Origin: an uncultured delta proteobacterium
GTDB lineage: Bacteria > Desulfobacterota > Syntrophia > Syntrophales > UBA5619
Direction of reading: 5' to 3'
Assembly: GCA_963817385.1 (NCBI GenBank)
Contig: CAWFOM010000007.1
Location: 32,001 to 96,000, forward strand
DNA length: 64,000 nt
Positions 43,680-56,093 of the stretch are shown here, one piece after another; position 1 is the stretch's first letter; every line of letters begins with the position of its first letter. A program made the position numbers and the translations under genes. The notes below the pieces were generated by a model. It saw only the letters and a program-made list of their open reading frames with translations. It did not search any database and was not told where the DNA came from.

Positions 43680-44702
43680 CTATTGAAGGTTCTTTAACCG
43701 ATCCATGCAGAACTTCAACGCCTGATCGCCGGGCAATCCTTTTGCTTTCATATTGTTTACATATTCATCCAGGAGGGGCCGGACTGTTCTTGCCCACCGC
43801 TCATTCTCCTCCTTGGTAAGCGATATGATCTTATTCCCCAGTTTAATGGTGGTCTCTCTGCCCGCCTTGTCGATGTCGTCCCAGCCCTTTCCCGACTTTT
43901 CGATCCACTCTTCATTTAACTTCTCGATGATCTTCTGGATATCCGCAGGGAGAGAATTCCACTTATCCTTATTCATGACGACAAACATCCCCGTGGAATA
44001 GGAGGCCCCGAAGTCTTCCGTGGTAAACTTTACCACCTCTCCCCATTTCCAGGTATTCAACGATTCCTGTGGCGCCATGGAGGCATCGACGACGCCCCTG
44101 CTCAAGGCATCATAGGTCTCTCCCATGGGCATGGCCACCGGGGTTCCCCCCAGGGCGGAGACGATTTTTGTCGCCAGGCCGGTGCAGCGGACCTTCATCC
44201 CTTTGAGGTCCTCGATCTTGTTGACGGCCGTTTTGCTGTGGAGAAGGCCGGGGCCGTGAGCATGGAGAAACATGACCTTCACGCCGTCCAGCTCCTTCGG
44301 TTTGAATTTCTGGTAATAGTCATTGATCAACCGGGTAGCCGCCAAGCCGCTCTTAATACCCAGGGGCAGGTCGATGACCTCCGTCAAGGGGAACTTCCCC
44401 CGCGTATAGGCAAATACCGACATGCCCAGATCGGAGATCCCTTTTTCGACCCCGTCATAACATTTGTCGGCAGGAGTCAACGTTCCGCCCGGGAGGACGT
44501 CCACCTTGACCCTCCCGTTGGTCCTCTTTTCCAATTCCTTGCCCCATTCGACTGCCAATACGCTGTGGATATGGGGAGCGGGGAAAAAGACCGAATAGTT
44601 CAATTTGATCGGCGTCTGCCCCGATGCCAAAGATGCGAAAAAGGGAAGCCCAATCAAGGAAAGACCCGTGATGAAAAAAAGTGATCGCCATTTCTTACTC
44701 AT
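43680..44702 (-). CDS. dctP: TRAP transporter substrate-binding protein
   Basis: Signal peptide, TNGRVKV, DLKGMKVR, YDALSRGVVD, MNKDKWNSLP. Confidence 0.93.
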   Translation of the reverse strand: MSKKWRSLFFITGLSLIGLPFFASLASGQTPIKLNYSVFFPAPHIHSVLAVEWGKELEKRTNGRVKVDVLPGGTLTPADKCYDGVEKGISDLGMSVFAYTRGKFPLTEVIDLPLGIKSGLAATRLINDYYQKFKPKELDGVKVMFLHAHGPGLLHSKTAVNKIEDLKGMKVRCTGLATKIVSALGGTPVAMPMGETYDALSRGVVDASMAPQESLNTWKWGEVVKFTTEDFGASYSTGMFVVMNKDKWNSLPADIQKIIEKLNEEWIEKSGKGWDDIDKAGRETTIKLGNKIISLTKEENERWARTVRPLLDEYVNNMKAKGLPGDQALKFCMDRLKNLQ

Positions 44703-44991
44703 GTTAATCCTCCTTTTTTATATAGTAGTTGACATACAACATGGTACGGATCTCCTCCCTCCCGGAGGCATCAAATGCTCCTGCGGTTCGTAAAAAAATT
44801 AAATGGGGCTTACAATGAGTTTTGTGGGGAATGCCTGCTTACCTGTCATCCGGACAGGCAGCAGGCATCAATACATATAGGGATACAAGCAGGTGCGGGT
44901 AACGGATACTGTACCGGAGCATATCTGCATCGTTAATCATCCTGTCCGTCAAGTCAATTTGACGACGTCCTATTTGATTTTCACCGGTATG

Positions 44992-45294
44992 TCAAGGGGT
45001 ATTTTTCGCCTGTTCCTTCAATTTTTCGATTTCTTCCCGGTACTGCTCCGACTGAGCCCTGACCTGCTCAATCTCTTCACGGGCTTTTTCCAGTTTCTCA
45101 TCCTGCTTTTGCCGTTCCTCTCGCATCTTGTCCTGGATGGCGTCCATACCGACGTAGACGGCAAGAATACCGCCGAGGATCAAGATGATCGGAATGCCGC
45201 CCTTCAGGATGATGATGAAGTCACTCCACCATAAGGAGAAACCGATAACGCCAAAGATCACTGATACGATGCCGCCGATAAGCAATGACATCAC
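44992..45294 (-). CDS. Small membrane protein, 2 TM helices plus a coiled coil
   Basis: RBS GGAGG, hydrophobic N-terminus, charged heptad-like C-terminus. Confidence 0.75.
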   Translation of the reverse strand: MMSLLIGGIVSVIFGVIGFSLWWSDFIIILKGGIPIILILGGILAVYVGMDAIQDKMREERQKQDEKLEKAREEIEQVRAQSEQYREEIEKLKEQAKNTP

Positions 45295-45569
45295 CGAACC
45301 TCCTGACCGTCCGGCGTCTACCGCGGGTCAATTGCCCCGCGACCCCCTCAGGGGAAACGCCTCTCCATGAGTTAACCTTCAGAACGCAAATTCCGTTGCG
45401 GGTTTTTTACCATATCCGGATGGATTAGGCAAGCTGAAAGTCCGTCGGGTGCGCAAGGAAAAAGTGCTTGATTAATGCCGTTTCTTCAATTATCATTCCG
45501 CACTTGTCTGCTGGTTTCTTGAGCCGGCGGTACGTGCAAAAAGAAACCAGACGAACAGTGGGGAGTGTC

Positions 45570-45944
45570 ATGATAGAACCGAATTTCGATAAAGGGGAAG
45601 GACTGGTCCCCGCCGTGGTCCAGGACCATGATTCCGGAGAGGTCCTCATGCTGGCCTACATGAACCGGGAGGCATGGCTCAAAACGCTCGAGACCGGGAA
45701 GGCCACCTTCTGGAGCCGGTCCCGGCAGAGCCTGTGGCTGAAAGGGGAGACATCGGGCCATGTGCAGTTGGTCCGGGAGGTCAGACTGGACTGCGACGAG
45801 GACACCGTCCTGTTGAAGGTAAAGCAGGTGGGCGATGCGGCCTGTCACACCGGTCACCGTTCATGTTTCCATCGGAAATGGGCCGACGGAGATTTTGTTA
45901 CGGTCGGGGAACGGGTATTTGATCCGAAGGATGTTTACCGATGA
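45570..45944 (+). CDS. hisI: Phosphoribosyl-AMP cyclohydrolase
   Basis: [36 protein letters not shown]. Confidence 0.95.
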   Translation: MIEPNFDKGEGLVPAVVQDHDSGEVLMLAYMNREAWLKTLETGKATFWSRSRQSLWLKGETSGHVQLVREVRLDCDEDTVLLKVKQVGDAACHTGHRSCFHRKWADGDFVTVGERVFDPKDVYR

Positions 45945-46813
45945 ATAAACTGAAACTGGGGATTCCCAAGGGAAGCCTGGAAGCCAATACGGTGGATCTG
46001 TTCAAGAGGGCGGGCTGGCATATCACCTATGACAGCCGAAGTTACTTTCCCGATATCGATGATGAGGAGATCTCCTGCACCCTGGTCCGCGCGCAGGAGA
46101 TGTCTCGCTATGTGGATGACGGCACGCTCGATTTGGGTCTCACCGGTCAGGACTGGATCATCGAAAATGAATCGGATGTCGTGGCCGTCCAGGATCTGAT
46201 CTATTCCAAGACGTCGATGAGGCAGGCCCGATGGGTCCTCGTCGTCCGTGATGATTCTCCCATCCGGTCGATCGAGGAATTGGAAGGGAAGAAGGTTTCG
46301 ACGGAACTGGTCAACTTCACCCGGCGTTATTTCGCCAAGCGCAACATCAACGTCCATATCGAATTTTCCTGGGGGGCGACCGAGGCCAAGGTGGTCGAAG
46401 GGCTGGTGGACGCCATCGTGGAGGTGACGGAGACGGGAAGCACCATCCGGGCCAATAAGCTCAAGATCATCGAAGAATTGATGAAGACCAATACCCAGTT
46501 GATCGCCAATCACGGGGCATGGGCGGATCCCTGGAAGAGGCAGAAGATAGAGCAGATCAGGATGCTGCTCAACGGATCGCTGCAGGCCATGGGAAAAGTG
46601 GGGCTGAAGATGAATGTCTCCCGGGAGAATCTGGACCGGGTGGTACTCCTTCTGCCCTCGCTCAAAGCGCCGACGATCTCTCACCTCCATTCTGGTGACT
46701 GGCTTGCCGTGGAAACCATCGTGAGCGGGAACGTCGTCCGGGATCTGATCCCCCTGCTCAAGGAAGGGGGGGCCGAAGGGATCATCGAGTACCCTCTGAA
46801 CAAAGTGATCTAA
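45941..46813 (+). CDS. hisG: ATP phosphoribosyltransferase, long form
   Basis: [27 protein letters not shown]-terminal regulatory domain. Confidence 0.95.
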   Translation: MNKLKLGIPKGSLEANTVDLFKRAGWHITYDSRSYFPDIDDEEISCTLVRAQEMSRYVDDGTLDLGLTGQDWIIENESDVVAVQDLIYSKTSMRQARWVLVVRDDSPIRSIEELEGKKVSTELVNFTRRYFAKRNINVHIEFSWGATEAKVVEGLVDAIVEVTETGSTIRANKLKIIEELMKTNTQLIANHGAWADPWKRQKIEQIRMLLNGSLQAMGKVGLKMNVSRENLDRVVLLLPSLKAPTISHLHSGDWLAVETIVSGNVVRDLIPLLKEGGAEGIIEYPLNKVI

Positions 46814-46836
46814 CGTGATCTGAAGGAGGCTTGGGT

Positions 46837-47427
46837 ATGCGGAAAGGAACGATCCAGAGAAAGACCACGGAAACGGACGTTTCGGTGGAGGTCAACCTGG
46901 ATGGGAACGGGGCGGGATGCATCGACACCGAGGTTCCCTTTCTCGATCACATGCTGAACCTTTTCGCCCGGCACGGCCTCATCGATCTCACCATCCGGAG
47001 CAAGGGCGACACTGCGGTGGATGATCATCATCTTGTGGAGGATATCGGGATCTGCCTGGGGAAGGCCGTCAAAAAGGCACTGGGTGATCGGAAAGGGATC
47101 AGCCGGTATGGTTCGGCGGTAGTTCCGATGGATGAGAGCCTCTGCTCTGTGGCGATGGATCTCTCCGGCAGGCCGTATCTGATCTGGCGCGCCGATCTCG
47201 GGGCGCAGAGGATCGGGGAGTTCGATCCGGCCCTTCTTCGGGAATTTTTCAAGTCATTTTCAGATCATAGTGGAATCACCTTGCACATCAACCTCATCTA
47301 TGGTACAAATGGCCATCATATGGCGGAGGCGATATTCAAGGCTTTCGCCCGCGCCTTTCGCGAGGCGATTGCGATGGACGGACGGGTTGAGGGGGTCCTC
47401 TCGACAAAAGGTTCCCTGGAAACTTGA
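46837..47427 (+). CDS. hisB: Imidazoleglycerol-phosphate dehydratase
   Basis: FLDHML, DDHHLVED, PMDE, HHMAEAIFK, STKG. Confidence 0.96.
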   Translation: MRKGTIQRKTTETDVSVEVNLDGNGAGCIDTEVPFLDHMLNLFARHGLIDLTIRSKGDTAVDDHHLVEDIGICLGKAVKKALGDRKGISRYGSAVVPMDESLCSVAMDLSGRPYLIWRADLGAQRIGEFDPALLREFFKSFSDHSGITLHINLIYGTNGHHMAEAIFKAFARAFREAIAMDGRVEGVLSTKGSLET

Positions 47428-47531
47428 AGGCCGGGAGAAGCGTCGAAGGATCATGGTGCAGCAATTGAGATCGGCGAGACGTGTGCCATCTTCCCGGGCG
47501 GAGAGGGACCTGCCGCCTCAGGATAAGGGGG

Positions 47532-48239
47532 TTGATCGTCATCAAGAAGTTATCCTGTTTCCGCAAGGGTCTCACCGGCCTTTTTCCCCTCTGTCTCATT
47601 CTTCCCATGGTCATGGGCTGTCATTATCGCGGGGATTCGGGTATTCCCCTTCCGGAGGGGAAGATCGTCTTCGAGTCGGTTGTCGTAGTGCCCTTTCAGC
47701 AGGTTGCTCCCGATGAGGCGATGAGCGGAGCCGTTCGCTGTCCCCTCTGCGGGATGATCGTCAATGCCAAGGAATCCCCGGGAAGTCCGGAAACGATCGT
47801 GGAGTCGGTTTTTCTCGAACAATTAGACAAAAAGAGACCGAAATTCAGTGTTATTGCGGGGGAGCGGGTTGCCGGGGTCTTCCGACGGATCTCCACGGAT
47901 TCCCTCACGGCTCCCCTCCGCCAGGTACTGCGGGATGTGGGGAGCGAACTGGGAGCCGAAGGCGTCGTGACCGGATACGTCTACCGTTTCCGGGAGAGGA
48001 AGGGAGTCTCCTATGCCGTAGAACAGCCGGCAGCGGTCGCTTTCGATATTCATCTGCTGCGGGTCAGCGACGGGGTGCTTGTCTGGCGGGGCACCTTTGA
48101 CAAGGAGCAGAGTTCGTTGATGGAGGATCTGCTTCAATTTGCCTCGTTTTTTCGGGGGAAGGGGAAGTGGCTCACGGCACGGGAGCTAACGGGGGAGGGG
48201 ATAGAACAACTCCTCAACACCTTTCCCGGCCTGCCGTAG
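47532..48239 (+). CDS. Hypothetical lipoprotein (CsgG/TolB-N-like fold suspected)
   Basis: Lipobox VMGC, CPLCG, YRFRERKG...PAAVAFD. Start uncertain. Confidence 0.65.
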   Translation: MIVIKKLSCFRKGLTGLFPLCLILPMVMGCHYRGDSGIPLPEGKIVFESVVVVPFQQVAPDEAMSGAVRCPLCGMIVNAKESPGSPETIVESVFLEQLDKKRPKFSVIAGERVAGVFRRISTDSLTAPLRQVLRDVGSELGAEGVVTGYVYRFRERKGVSYAVEQPAAVAFDIHLLRVSDGVLVWRGTFDKEQSSLMEDLLQFASFFRGKGKWLTARELTGEGIEQLLNTFPGLP

Positions 48240-48322
48240 CTTCACCCCAAGCTGCTGAGTGAGGCCCGCTTCGGAATTTCCCTGACGATGGAGATTCCTT
48301 TATTTTTTCGAGGAGTCCCTTC

Positions 48323-49091
48323 ATGATTGTCATTCCTGCTATTGATCTGAAAGAAGGCCGGTGTGTGCGACTCGTCCAGGGAGATTTCGGACGGGCGACC
48401 GTATACGCCGACGATCCGGCGGCAATGGCCCTAGTCTGGAAGGAGAGGGGCGCCGAGCGGCTGCATGTGGTCGATCTGGACGGTTCTCTCGAGGGTGTTC
48501 CCCGGCATGAAGCGGTAATCCGCGACATCGTGAAGGCGACGGGGTTGCCGATTCAGGTCGGGGGCGGTATCCGGGAGATGCAAACGGTGGAGACCTATCT
48601 CCGGATGGGGGTCCGATGGGTGATCCTCGGTACGGCCGCCCTCAAGGACCCGGGATTTGTCCGAACGGCCTGCCGGACGTTTCCGGATCAGGTGATCCTC
48701 GGCATCGACGCGGTCGGCGGACGACTCGCCGTCCAGGGATGGACGGAAACGACCGGGGAAACCGCTGTGGATCTGGCACGCCGGTTCGCCGAAGACCGGC
48801 CCGCTGCCTTGGTTTATACGGATATCATGCGGGACGGTATGGAAACCGGGGTCAATATCGAGAGCACCCGGGAACTGGCCGAATCGGCCGGTATTCCGGT
48901 GATTGCTTCCGGAGGGGTGTCGGGGATTCGAAGATATTGAACGGCTTATGACCATTGAGGCAAAGGGTGTTTTCGGGGTGATCGTGGGAAAGGCCCTCTA
49001 TACGGGAGCTCTTTCCCTCGATGAGGCGATTGTCTGCACAAAAGGGCGCCGGAAAAGCGGCGTCGCTTCGGGAAAACGGGCGGAGATCTGA
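48323..49091 (+). CDS. hisA: ProFAR isomerase HisA (frameshift near 48930)
   Basis: IPAIDLKEGRCVRLVQG, HVVDLDG, GGGIR, TDIMRDG, ASGG, then GVIVGKALY in the next frame. Confidence 0.93.
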
Positions 49092-49135
49092 ACCGGATGA
49101 GTCCCGGATCAGCCAAGGATGAAGGAGGTGGGCGC

Positions 49136-49480
49136 ATGGAGGAGTGCATATTCTGTAAGATTGCATCCGGCGCGATTCCCAGCCGGAAGGTGTATGAAAA
49201 TGAGAGTGTCCTGGCCTTTGAAGACATTCATCCCATGGCCCCGATCCACATCATCATCATTCCCAAACGCCATGTGGCCACGCTCATGGATGTCGATGCG
49301 GAGGGGATGGCGGATCTCCAGGCCATGATGGCTGCTGCGCAGGAGGTGGCCCGGATTAAAAAAGTCGACCAAAGGGGTTTCCGGGTGGTGATCAACTGCA
49401 ACAGAGAGGGAGGGCAGGTCGTTTTTCATCTCCATATGCATCTACTGGGCGGTTTAAAGCTCAAAGACGGTCTGGCCTGA
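49136..49480 (+). CDS. Histidine triad (HIT) nucleotide-binding protein
   Basis: CIFCKI, GQVVFHLHMHLLGG. Confidence 0.93.
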   Translation: MEECIFCKIASGAIPSRKVYENESVLAFEDIHPMAPIHIIIIPKRHVATLMDVDAEGMADLQAMMAAAQEVARIKKVDQRGFRVVINCNREGGQVVFHLHMHLLGGLKLKDGLA

Positions 49481-49547
49481 CGAAGGAAGGAGTGCAGCCC
49501 ATTGACAAAACGTAAAGATGTCCTAAGTTAAAAAAAGTGAGGAAGCA

Positions 49548-49994
49548 ATGAAGTTCAAAGAAAAAGTGGAGCAGGAGTTGATCCGGGCGGCCAAGGCGAA
49601 GGAGAAGATCCGATTATCGGCCCTCCGGATGCTCAAGAGCGGTCTGCATAACCGGGAAATCGATCTGAGACGTGAACTCACCGAGGCCGAATTCCTCCAG
49701 CTCCTCTCTTCCATGGTCAAACAGAGGAAGGATTCGATCGAACAATTCGAGAAGGGCGGCAGGGTTGATCTCGTGGAGAAGGAACAGGCGGAACTGAAGG
49801 TGATCGAAGAGTTCCTGCCGGCGCAGCTTTCCGAGGGTGAGATCGACGCCATGATCGGGGAGGCCATCCGCGAGTCCGGCGCCTCGGGCGCCCGGGATAT
49901 GGGGAAGGTCATGAAGATCCTGATGCCGAAGCTGACCGGCAAGGCGGACGGCAAGGCGGTTGGCGAAAAGGTCAAAGCCCTCTTGTCGGCATAA
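49548..49994 (+). CDS. GatB/YqeY domain protein
   Basis: KQRKDSIEQFEKGGR, DMGKVM, GKADG. Confidence 0.93.
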   Translation: MKFKEKVEQELIRAAKAKEKIRLSALRMLKSGLHNREIDLRRELTEAEFLQLLSSMVKQRKDSIEQFEKGGRVDLVEKEQAELKVIEEFLPAQLSEGEIDAMIGEAIRESGASGARDMGKVMKILMPKLTGKADGKAVGEKVKALLSA

Positions 49995-50006
49995 GGGGAA
50001 GGGGAT

Positions 50007-51789
50007 TTGAAGGGGTCGATTCCCGATGACAAGATTGAGGAGATCCGCAGAAGGGCCGATATCGCTTCTGTGATCGGGGAGTATGTCATCCTGAAGAAGG
50101 CGGGGAAGAATTTTCTCGGTCTCTGTCCCTTTCATCACGAGAAGACGCCCTCCTTCACGGTCAGCCCCGACAAGCAGATGTTCTACTGCTTCGGTTGCAG
50201 CGAGGGGGGAAATGTCTTTTCCTTCCTGATGAAGCTCAACAACCTGACCTTTCCCGAGGCGGTCCGGCAACTGGCGGGCAAGGTGGGGGTCGTAATTCCC
50301 GAAAAGACGATGAGCCGCGAGGAGAGGGAACGGTACACCCTTGCGGAGCAGATCCGACGGGTCAATGAACTTGCCGCCGACTTCTATGCAAAGGCGCTCC
50401 TTTCGCCGACCGGGGCGGGTGCCCGGGAGTACCTCGGGAAGCGGGGAGTCGGCGAGACGGCGATCCAGGCGTTCCGCCTCGGTCTGGCCCCGGAGGGGTG
50501 GTCCGGTCTCCTCGATTATCTGGAGAAGAGGGGCGTTGCTCCCGGACTGGCGGAGCAGGCCGGCCTTGTTATCCCCCGGACGGGGCCCGCAAAGGGGCAT
50601 TATGACCGGTTCCGGGGGAGGTTGATGATCCCCATCGAGGACGTCGATGGCCATGTGATCGCGTTCGGAGGCCGGGTGATGGGTGCGGGTGAGCCGAAAT
50701 ACATGAACTCCCCCGAGTCGCCGGTTTATACCAAGGGAAACAACCTCTACGGACTGGCCAGGACGCGCGAGGCCGTCCGCGAGAAGGATTTCGCCATTCT
50801 GGTCGAGGGGTACTTCGATCTGATCGCCCTGTGGAATGCCGGGATTACGAACGTGGTGGCAACGCTGGGGACGGCCCTGACGCGCGCACAGGTCGATCTG
50901 CTGAGGCGTTATACGCCCCGTGTGGTTGCCGTTTTCGATCCCGATGAGGCGGGGAGGAAGGCCCTGGCCCGGAGCCTCGAGCTCTTTCTGGCCGGGAATG
51001 TCCATGCCAAGGCGGTGATCCTGCCCGATGGGCACGACCCGGACACGTTTGTCAGGACCCGGGGACGCGGGCAGATGGATGAACTTCTGGCCCAGGCCTG
51101 GCCGATGGCCGATTATTACATCGAGAAGATCCTGGGCGGGCGCGGGACACTGGAGGAGGACCGGGACAAACTGAGGGAGGCCGTCGCTTTCATCAGTCGC
51201 CTGGATGATGCCGTCGACAGGAATCTATTCGTCAAGAAGGTGGCGGAACAACTGCATGTCGATGAGGAGGTCCTGAAGAGCGAGGTCAGGCGCGGTCTTT
51301 CCCATGCCCCAGCGGCCCCGGACCTTCCGACGCGGCGGAAGGCCCCTTCAGAGCTGGATCCGCTGGAGCTGAGCCTGGTCCGGATGATGCTTGAATATCC
51401 GGCGAGGCTCTCGGTCGTTCGGGAATCGGGGGTTCTCGACTGTTTCCGGACCGAGGCATTGAAGACCCTCGGAGAGGCCCTTCTGGACATGGAGAGGCAG
51501 GGGAAGGCGATGGGGGACATCACCTCCCTGATAGGCGCACTGACAGACGGTCCGTTCAGGGAGAGGCTCCTGGCGCTCCTGGTGCAGGAGAGCCCCTATT
51601 TTGAGGAGATGATCGATCGGCAACTGGCCGATGCGATCCGGAAGATCCGGAAGAGGTCGAGTCAAGGAGAAGGGAAGGATCCTGACACAGAGGATTAGAG
51701 AGGCCGAGAAGGCCAAAGACCAGGAATTGTACGACCGTCTCATGGCAGAGAAAAATAGGCTTCTCCAGCAAGAAAAGGGGCTGGCTTGA
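50007..51789 (+). CDS. dnaG: DNA primase (frameshift near 51660 in the C-terminal tail)
   Basis: CPFHHEKTPSF, YCFGC, FGGR, KYMNSPE, VEGYFD, DPDEAG, DPD. Confidence 0.96.
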
Positions 51790-51870
51790 TCATTTGTCCG
51801 ATTTTGATAAACCGTCACCGGAGCAAGCCGGCTGACGGATCCATATAACAGGCTACCGGGAGAAACCGAT

Positions 51871-53622
<1,752 letters not shown>

Positions 53623-53696
53623 AATATTGACAAGCGCGGCAGATGAGTATTATAAAACCCCATTAAGAAAAAAATGGACTCATCCTGTGAAAAGCA

Positions 53697-53772
53697 GGGC
53701 CCATAGCTCAATTGGTAGAGCCACCGGCTCATAACCGGTCGGTCCCTGGTTCGAATCCAGGTGGGCCCACCA
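53697..53772 (+). tRNA. tRNA with CAT anticodon, most likely tRNA-Ile2 (lysidine)
   Basis: GGGCCCATAGCTCAATTGG...ACCGG-CTCATAA-CCGGT...TTCGAAT...CCA. No C1:A72 mismatch or 3 GC pairs of fMet. Has C4:G69/C5:G68 and follows rpoD. Confidence 0.85.
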
Positions 53773-53863
53773 GTATGAAGGGGAAAGGAAACTTTGGCGC
53801 GTGAGGTGCGGATCATCGTTCACAGGAAAAGGGCAATCAAGTGGGGAAAAAGACGACTCCCTG

Positions 53864-53895
53864 AAAATGCACCAGAGGCTGGTGCATTTTTTTTT
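53864..53895 (+). terminator. Rho-independent terminator
   Basis: AAAATGCACCAG-AGG-CTGGTGCATTTT plus T run. Confidence 0.85.
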
Positions 53896-53940
53896 GACGG
53901 GACTCCCCGGTAAATTCTTTAACATGAAAGGGGGATGCGC

Positions 53941-54662
53941 TTGAGAGAGCAGTTGGCACTCCTGATTGAGCTGCAGAAGATGGAGTCTGCGGCGGGGAGG
54001 ATTACCGCGCGGAAGAAGGCTCTTCCGATCCAGATGGAAGCGCTGGAGACGGAATTCAGCGCATGTTGCGCGGTTGTGGAGACGGAACGGGAGCAGCTGG
54101 AAAGCCTGAGAAAAAGCCGGCGGGAAAAGGACAGCCAGCTCCAGGCGGGGCAGGAGACCCTGAAGAGGACCCGCGAGAGGCTCTTTGAGGTCAAGACGAA
54201 CAAGGAATATCAGTCGATTCTGAAGGAGATCGAGACCCTCGAGGCAAAAAACAGCCGAATGGAGGACGAGATCATCTCCCTTCTCGATGAACTCGACGCT
54301 CTTGAAACCGCGGTGAAAACGAAAGAAGACTGAACTGAATGTCAGTCGCAGCCGCTATGAGGAACAAAGGACGAAGTTGGCGGAGGAACTCAGCTCCATT
54401 GCCGAGGAGCTTGCCGTCTGCGTCCGGAAAAGCGATGCACTCAAGAAGAAGATTCCTGCCGATATCCTCCGGAAATACGAACAGATCAAGGGCGTCGGGC
54501 GCGGTCGTTGCCGTGGTGCCGGTCTGGAAGGAGGTCTGCGACGGATGCCATATGTCCATTCCTCCCCAGTTGTATAACGAATTGCAGAAGTCGGCTCTCC
54601 TGATCACCTGTCCGAACTGCAACCGGATCATCTACTGGGAGAACAGGAACGGCGGCCAGTGA
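53941..54662 (+). CDS. Coiled-coil C4 zinc-ribbon protein (DUF164-like), two frameshifts near 54330 and 54500
   Basis: VKTNKEYQ..LKEIE, CDGCHMSIPPQ, CPNCNRIIY across three frames. Confidence 0.85.
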
Positions 54663-54757
54663 TAAGCGGGCAACGTACCGCCGGGGAGTTTTCGACGACT
54701 CCGGGAGGCAGAAATCGGCGAAGGCCGGAAATCCAGGAGGGAAAAGACGAGGTGTTG

Positions 54758-55126
54758 GAGCAGATCAGATGATCGCCGGTCCGGGATTCCGGATCGGAGG
54801 AAAGTCCGAACTCCACAGGGCAGGATGGTCGCTAACGGCGACTGGGGGCGACCCTAAGGAAAGTGCCACAGAAAATATACCGCCTCTTCCGCGAGGAAGG
54901 GGTAAGGGTGAAAAGGCGAGGTAAGAGCTCACCAGTTTCCCGGGTGACCGGGAAAGCTTGGTAAACCCCATCCGGAGCAAGACCAAATAGGAGAACGGGG
55001 CGGCCCGCCCCAAAGTTCTCGGGTTGTGTCGCTTGAGGCGGCCGGCAACGGCCGTCCCAGAGGAATGATCATCGCCGCTCTCCGGGTGACCGGGAGGCGG
55101 AACAGAATTCGGCTTACGATCTGCTC
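54758..55126 (+). ncRNA. rnpB: RNase P RNA (type A)
   Basis: GAGGAAAGTCC, GAAAGTGCCACAGAAAA, GGTAAACCCC..GAGCAAG, ACAGAATTCGGCTTA, P1 GAGCAGATC/GATCTGCTC. Confidence 0.97.
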
Positions 55127-55132
55127 GAACAC

Positions 55133-55172
55133 CCTTATGACAGCGCCCGCGAAAGCGGGCGCTGTCATAAGG
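55133..55172. terminator. 18-bp perfect hairpin with GAAA tetraloop after rnpB
   Basis: CCTTATGACAGCGCCCGC-GAAA-GCGGGCGCTGTCATAAGG. Confidence 0.7.
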
Positions 55173-55213
55173 AAAATAGGAGAAAAATAGGGACAGAAAC
55201 CTATTTTCCGAAA

Positions 55214-55306
55214 GTCGTCACCCCGGCGAAAGCCGGGGTCCAGAGCTTTCCTGGTTCCCGGCTTTCGCCGGGACGACGTCCGGATGCCGGCTTTCGCCGG
55301 TACGAC
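55214..55306. repeat. REP-like palindromic cluster (one forward unit, two inverted units)
   Basis: GTCACCCCGGCGAAAGCCGGGGTCCAG followed by two CCGGCTTTCGCCGG-x-ACGAC units. The same family occurs at 63612-63682. Confidence 0.85.
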
Positions 55307-55359
55307 GTTCGCGGTTGACTTAGATCAGGGATGATCCGTCTTTTTCCGGGGAACTGCAT

Positions 55360-55965
55360 ATGAAAGTGTTGTCCGCAGAATTTGTCCTCTCCGCCACGAA
55401 ACCCGCCCACTATCCGCCGGCGGTCCTGCCGGAGGTCGCCTTTGCCGGGCGATCGAATGTGGGAAAATCCTCTCTCATCAACACCCTCGTGAAGCGGAAG
55501 GGACTGGCCCGGACCAGCAACACGCCGGGACGGACACAGGAGATCAACTTCTTCACCGTCAACAACCGATTCGCCTTCATCGATCTTCCCGGATACGGAT
55601 ATGCAAAGGTTCCCGAGAAGATCAGGAACAACTGGGGACCGATGATCGAGACCTATCTGAGCGAGCGAGAGACCCTGCGGCTGGTCGTCCTGATCCTGGA
55701 CATCCGGCGGGACCCGTCGCCGGAAGACCGCCAGCTGATCGGCTGGCTGCAGTTTTACCGACTCCCGGTTCTCATCGTCCTGACGAAGATCGACAAGGTT
55801 TCGCGCAATCAGCTTGCGGAGCGCAAGCGGCTGATCGGTGAGGATCTGGGTCTTTCGTCGACAACGCAGTCGGTTCCTTTCTCCGCGAAAACGGGCGAGG
55901 GAAAGGATCTCCTCTGGCGGGAAATCAGAAAAGCGACGGCGATTGATCCCGGAGAACTTCAATAG
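55360..55965 (+). CDS. engB: Ribosome biogenesis GTPase YihA/YsxC
   Basis: GRSNVGKSS, TPGRT, DLPGYG, TKID, FSAK. Confidence 0.96.
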   Translation: MKVLSAEFVLSATKPAHYPPAVLPEVAFAGRSNVGKSSLINTLVKRKGLARTSNTPGRTQEINFFTVNNRFAFIDLPGYGYAKVPEKIRNNWGPMIETYLSERETLRLVVLILDIRRDPSPEDRQLIGWLQFYRLPVLIVLTKIDKVSRNQLAERKRLIGEDLGLSSTTQSVPFSAKTGEGKDLLWREIRKATAIDPGELQ

Positions 55966-56093
55966 GAGAGCTTCAATAGCCCTTGACTCAAAAACCGATT
56001 TATGGTATCCGCACTTGCCTGCACAGTGAACTCACGGCGGGTAACATCGTCTCTAACTTCCATCAACAGAATCCGAAAAAGGAGTGAAAACGG

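Noticed and set aside
44831..44869. Hairpin ATGCCTGCT..CCTGTC/GACAGG..AGCAGGCAT upstream of dctP as a riboswitch
   Set aside because: A single bulged stem with no known aptamer motif, more likely a small repeat or terminator-like structure.
47532..48239. Lipoprotein 'replacing' hisH as a novelty
   Set aside because: From recollection, a hisB-lipoprotein-hisA arrangement also occurs in other Deltaproteobacteria, and split his operons are common. Not verified here.
53697..53772. Initiator tRNA-fMet
   Set aside because: G1:C72 is paired and the anticodon stem lacks three consecutive G:C pairs.
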